Source: Paraspadella gotoi (Eukaryota; Animalia; Chaetognatha). From it: DNA of 64,000 bases. Positions 62,776 to 64,000 of this stretch are shown piece after piece. The notes below the pieces were generated by a model. The model made no database searches. It had not been told where the DNA came from and saw nothing but the letters and a program-made list of their open reading frames with translations. Location: the NCBI GenBank assembly GCA_051294375.1, contig CM119266.1, positions 4,320,530-4,384,529 on the forward strand, written 5' to 3'. Made by a program: the position numbers and the translations under genes. Position 1 is the stretch's first letter; every line of letters starts with the position of its first letter.

Positions 62776-64000
62776 TTTCCAATTCTAATTCCGTCAGAGA
62801 AAAACGAGGAAAAAAGGAATAAATTTTTACTCTTCCGTCGTAAAAACTAAAGGCGGAGAAAAAGGAGGATAAAATAGAAATGACGACGACGACGATAATG
62901 ACGACGACGACGAAAAAGAAAAACAAAAAAAGACAATTTTTCTAAGCAGCCAAAATCGTCCTTCGATCGTATTAATACAACAACGTGTCTAATTATAAAT
63001 AATTGGGTCGATAAAAATAAAAATTAGGCTTACATTTAATAAATAAACCTTCATCCCACTCACTAGATAATAACTTAAAAGCTTAAAATAAAAATTCTTC
63101 TTTACAGTGTAGATTAATAACTTTTGAAGGTCCTGGATTTTTTTAACTATGAATTAATGGAGGGGAGTATTGCCAATATTGAGTCGAGCTCTCTCCTGAT
63201 CCACTTTTTTTCGTCTTCTACAATATGTTTTTTTTTCTTAAATGTAGTAATTGATTGAAAGGAGATCGAGAACGTACTACGTTGTACCAGTGGTTCGCAC
63301 TTAGTTCATGAAGCCATTTCGCGTCGAATCGTCGACCGTAATATTTTAATAATCGAACGCGACATAAAAGGAAAAAGAAAAAATAACTGAAAAAAAAATA
63401 TGAAGGGTTTTTGACGAAGGGCCATCCTTGGGTTACAAGTGGCTTCAACGCGTGCAAACGGAACNNNNNNNNNNNNNNNNNNNNNNNNNNNNNNNNNNNN
63501 NNNNNNNNNNNNNNNNNNNNNNNNNNNNNNNNNNNNNNNNNNNNNNNNNNNNNNNNNNNNNNNNNNNNNNNNNNNNNNNNNNNNNNNNNNNNNNNNNNNN
63601 NNNNNNNNNNNNNNNNNNNNNNNGTTAAAAAAGAACTGCGGGCATCGGAGAAGGAAGAGGGAAAGGTAGGGGGCGATGGCCAAGGTGGTTTGGGTAGGTG
63701 GTGAGGGCCAGGGGTCCGCGCGATGGGACGCGGAAAGGGAATAAACCCCCACGGGGACGCGAGATGGCGCATCCGACGCGGACGGCCCCTCGGGGAAGGA
63801 AATTCGAGTGGACAAAGAAGTTGAAAGAGGTCGTTGTTCGTCGTCGTCGTTGTTCGTCTTCATAGCCATCGTTATCGTCGTCGTCACGTTTTCGTCTTTG
63901 TCGTTGTTTTTTCCCTCAACGACTTGAAGATGATTAAAAGTGAAACTTTGAAAAAAGGCTGTCACTCTGAGGAGAGTGGAAAGTAGAGGGCGCAATCAGG

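Noticed and set aside
57709-63995. ORFs containing X runs
   Set aside because: They span assembly gaps and are not real open frames.

Overview
This is AT-rich invertebrate animal genomic DNA with short GT-AG introns, CpG-rich exons and N gaps after 57.7 kb. Manual splicing supports nine genes. Five are recognisable: centriolin-like (CNTRL, +), an intronless cysteine-string protein (DNAJC5, -), KLHL18 (-), a delta-9 acyl-CoA desaturase (SCD, +) and FBXL7 (-). Four are uncharacterised: a short orphan (-) whose 7.4-kb intron hosts an antisense gene, that nested gene (+), a ~2,300-aa SR/Pro/KE-rich protein with one isolated B-box (-), and an 11-exon type II transmembrane C-type lectin with a greatly expanded lectin domain (-) that the ORF track does not reveal. 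Small non-autonomous elements are dense: hAT MITEs with 8-bp TSDs, a TA-flanked MITE, Helentron/DINE-1-like HINEs, Penelope-like palindromes with hammerhead-ribozyme cores and a decayed TIR element. The most notable is a ~650-bp miniature LTR retroelement (two full copies and one solo LTR, 4-bp TSDs, tRNA-Trp-like PBS, PPT) whose LTRs carry a tRNA-like Pol III module. Exon coordinates were read by eye and may be off by a few bases. No database searches were run.
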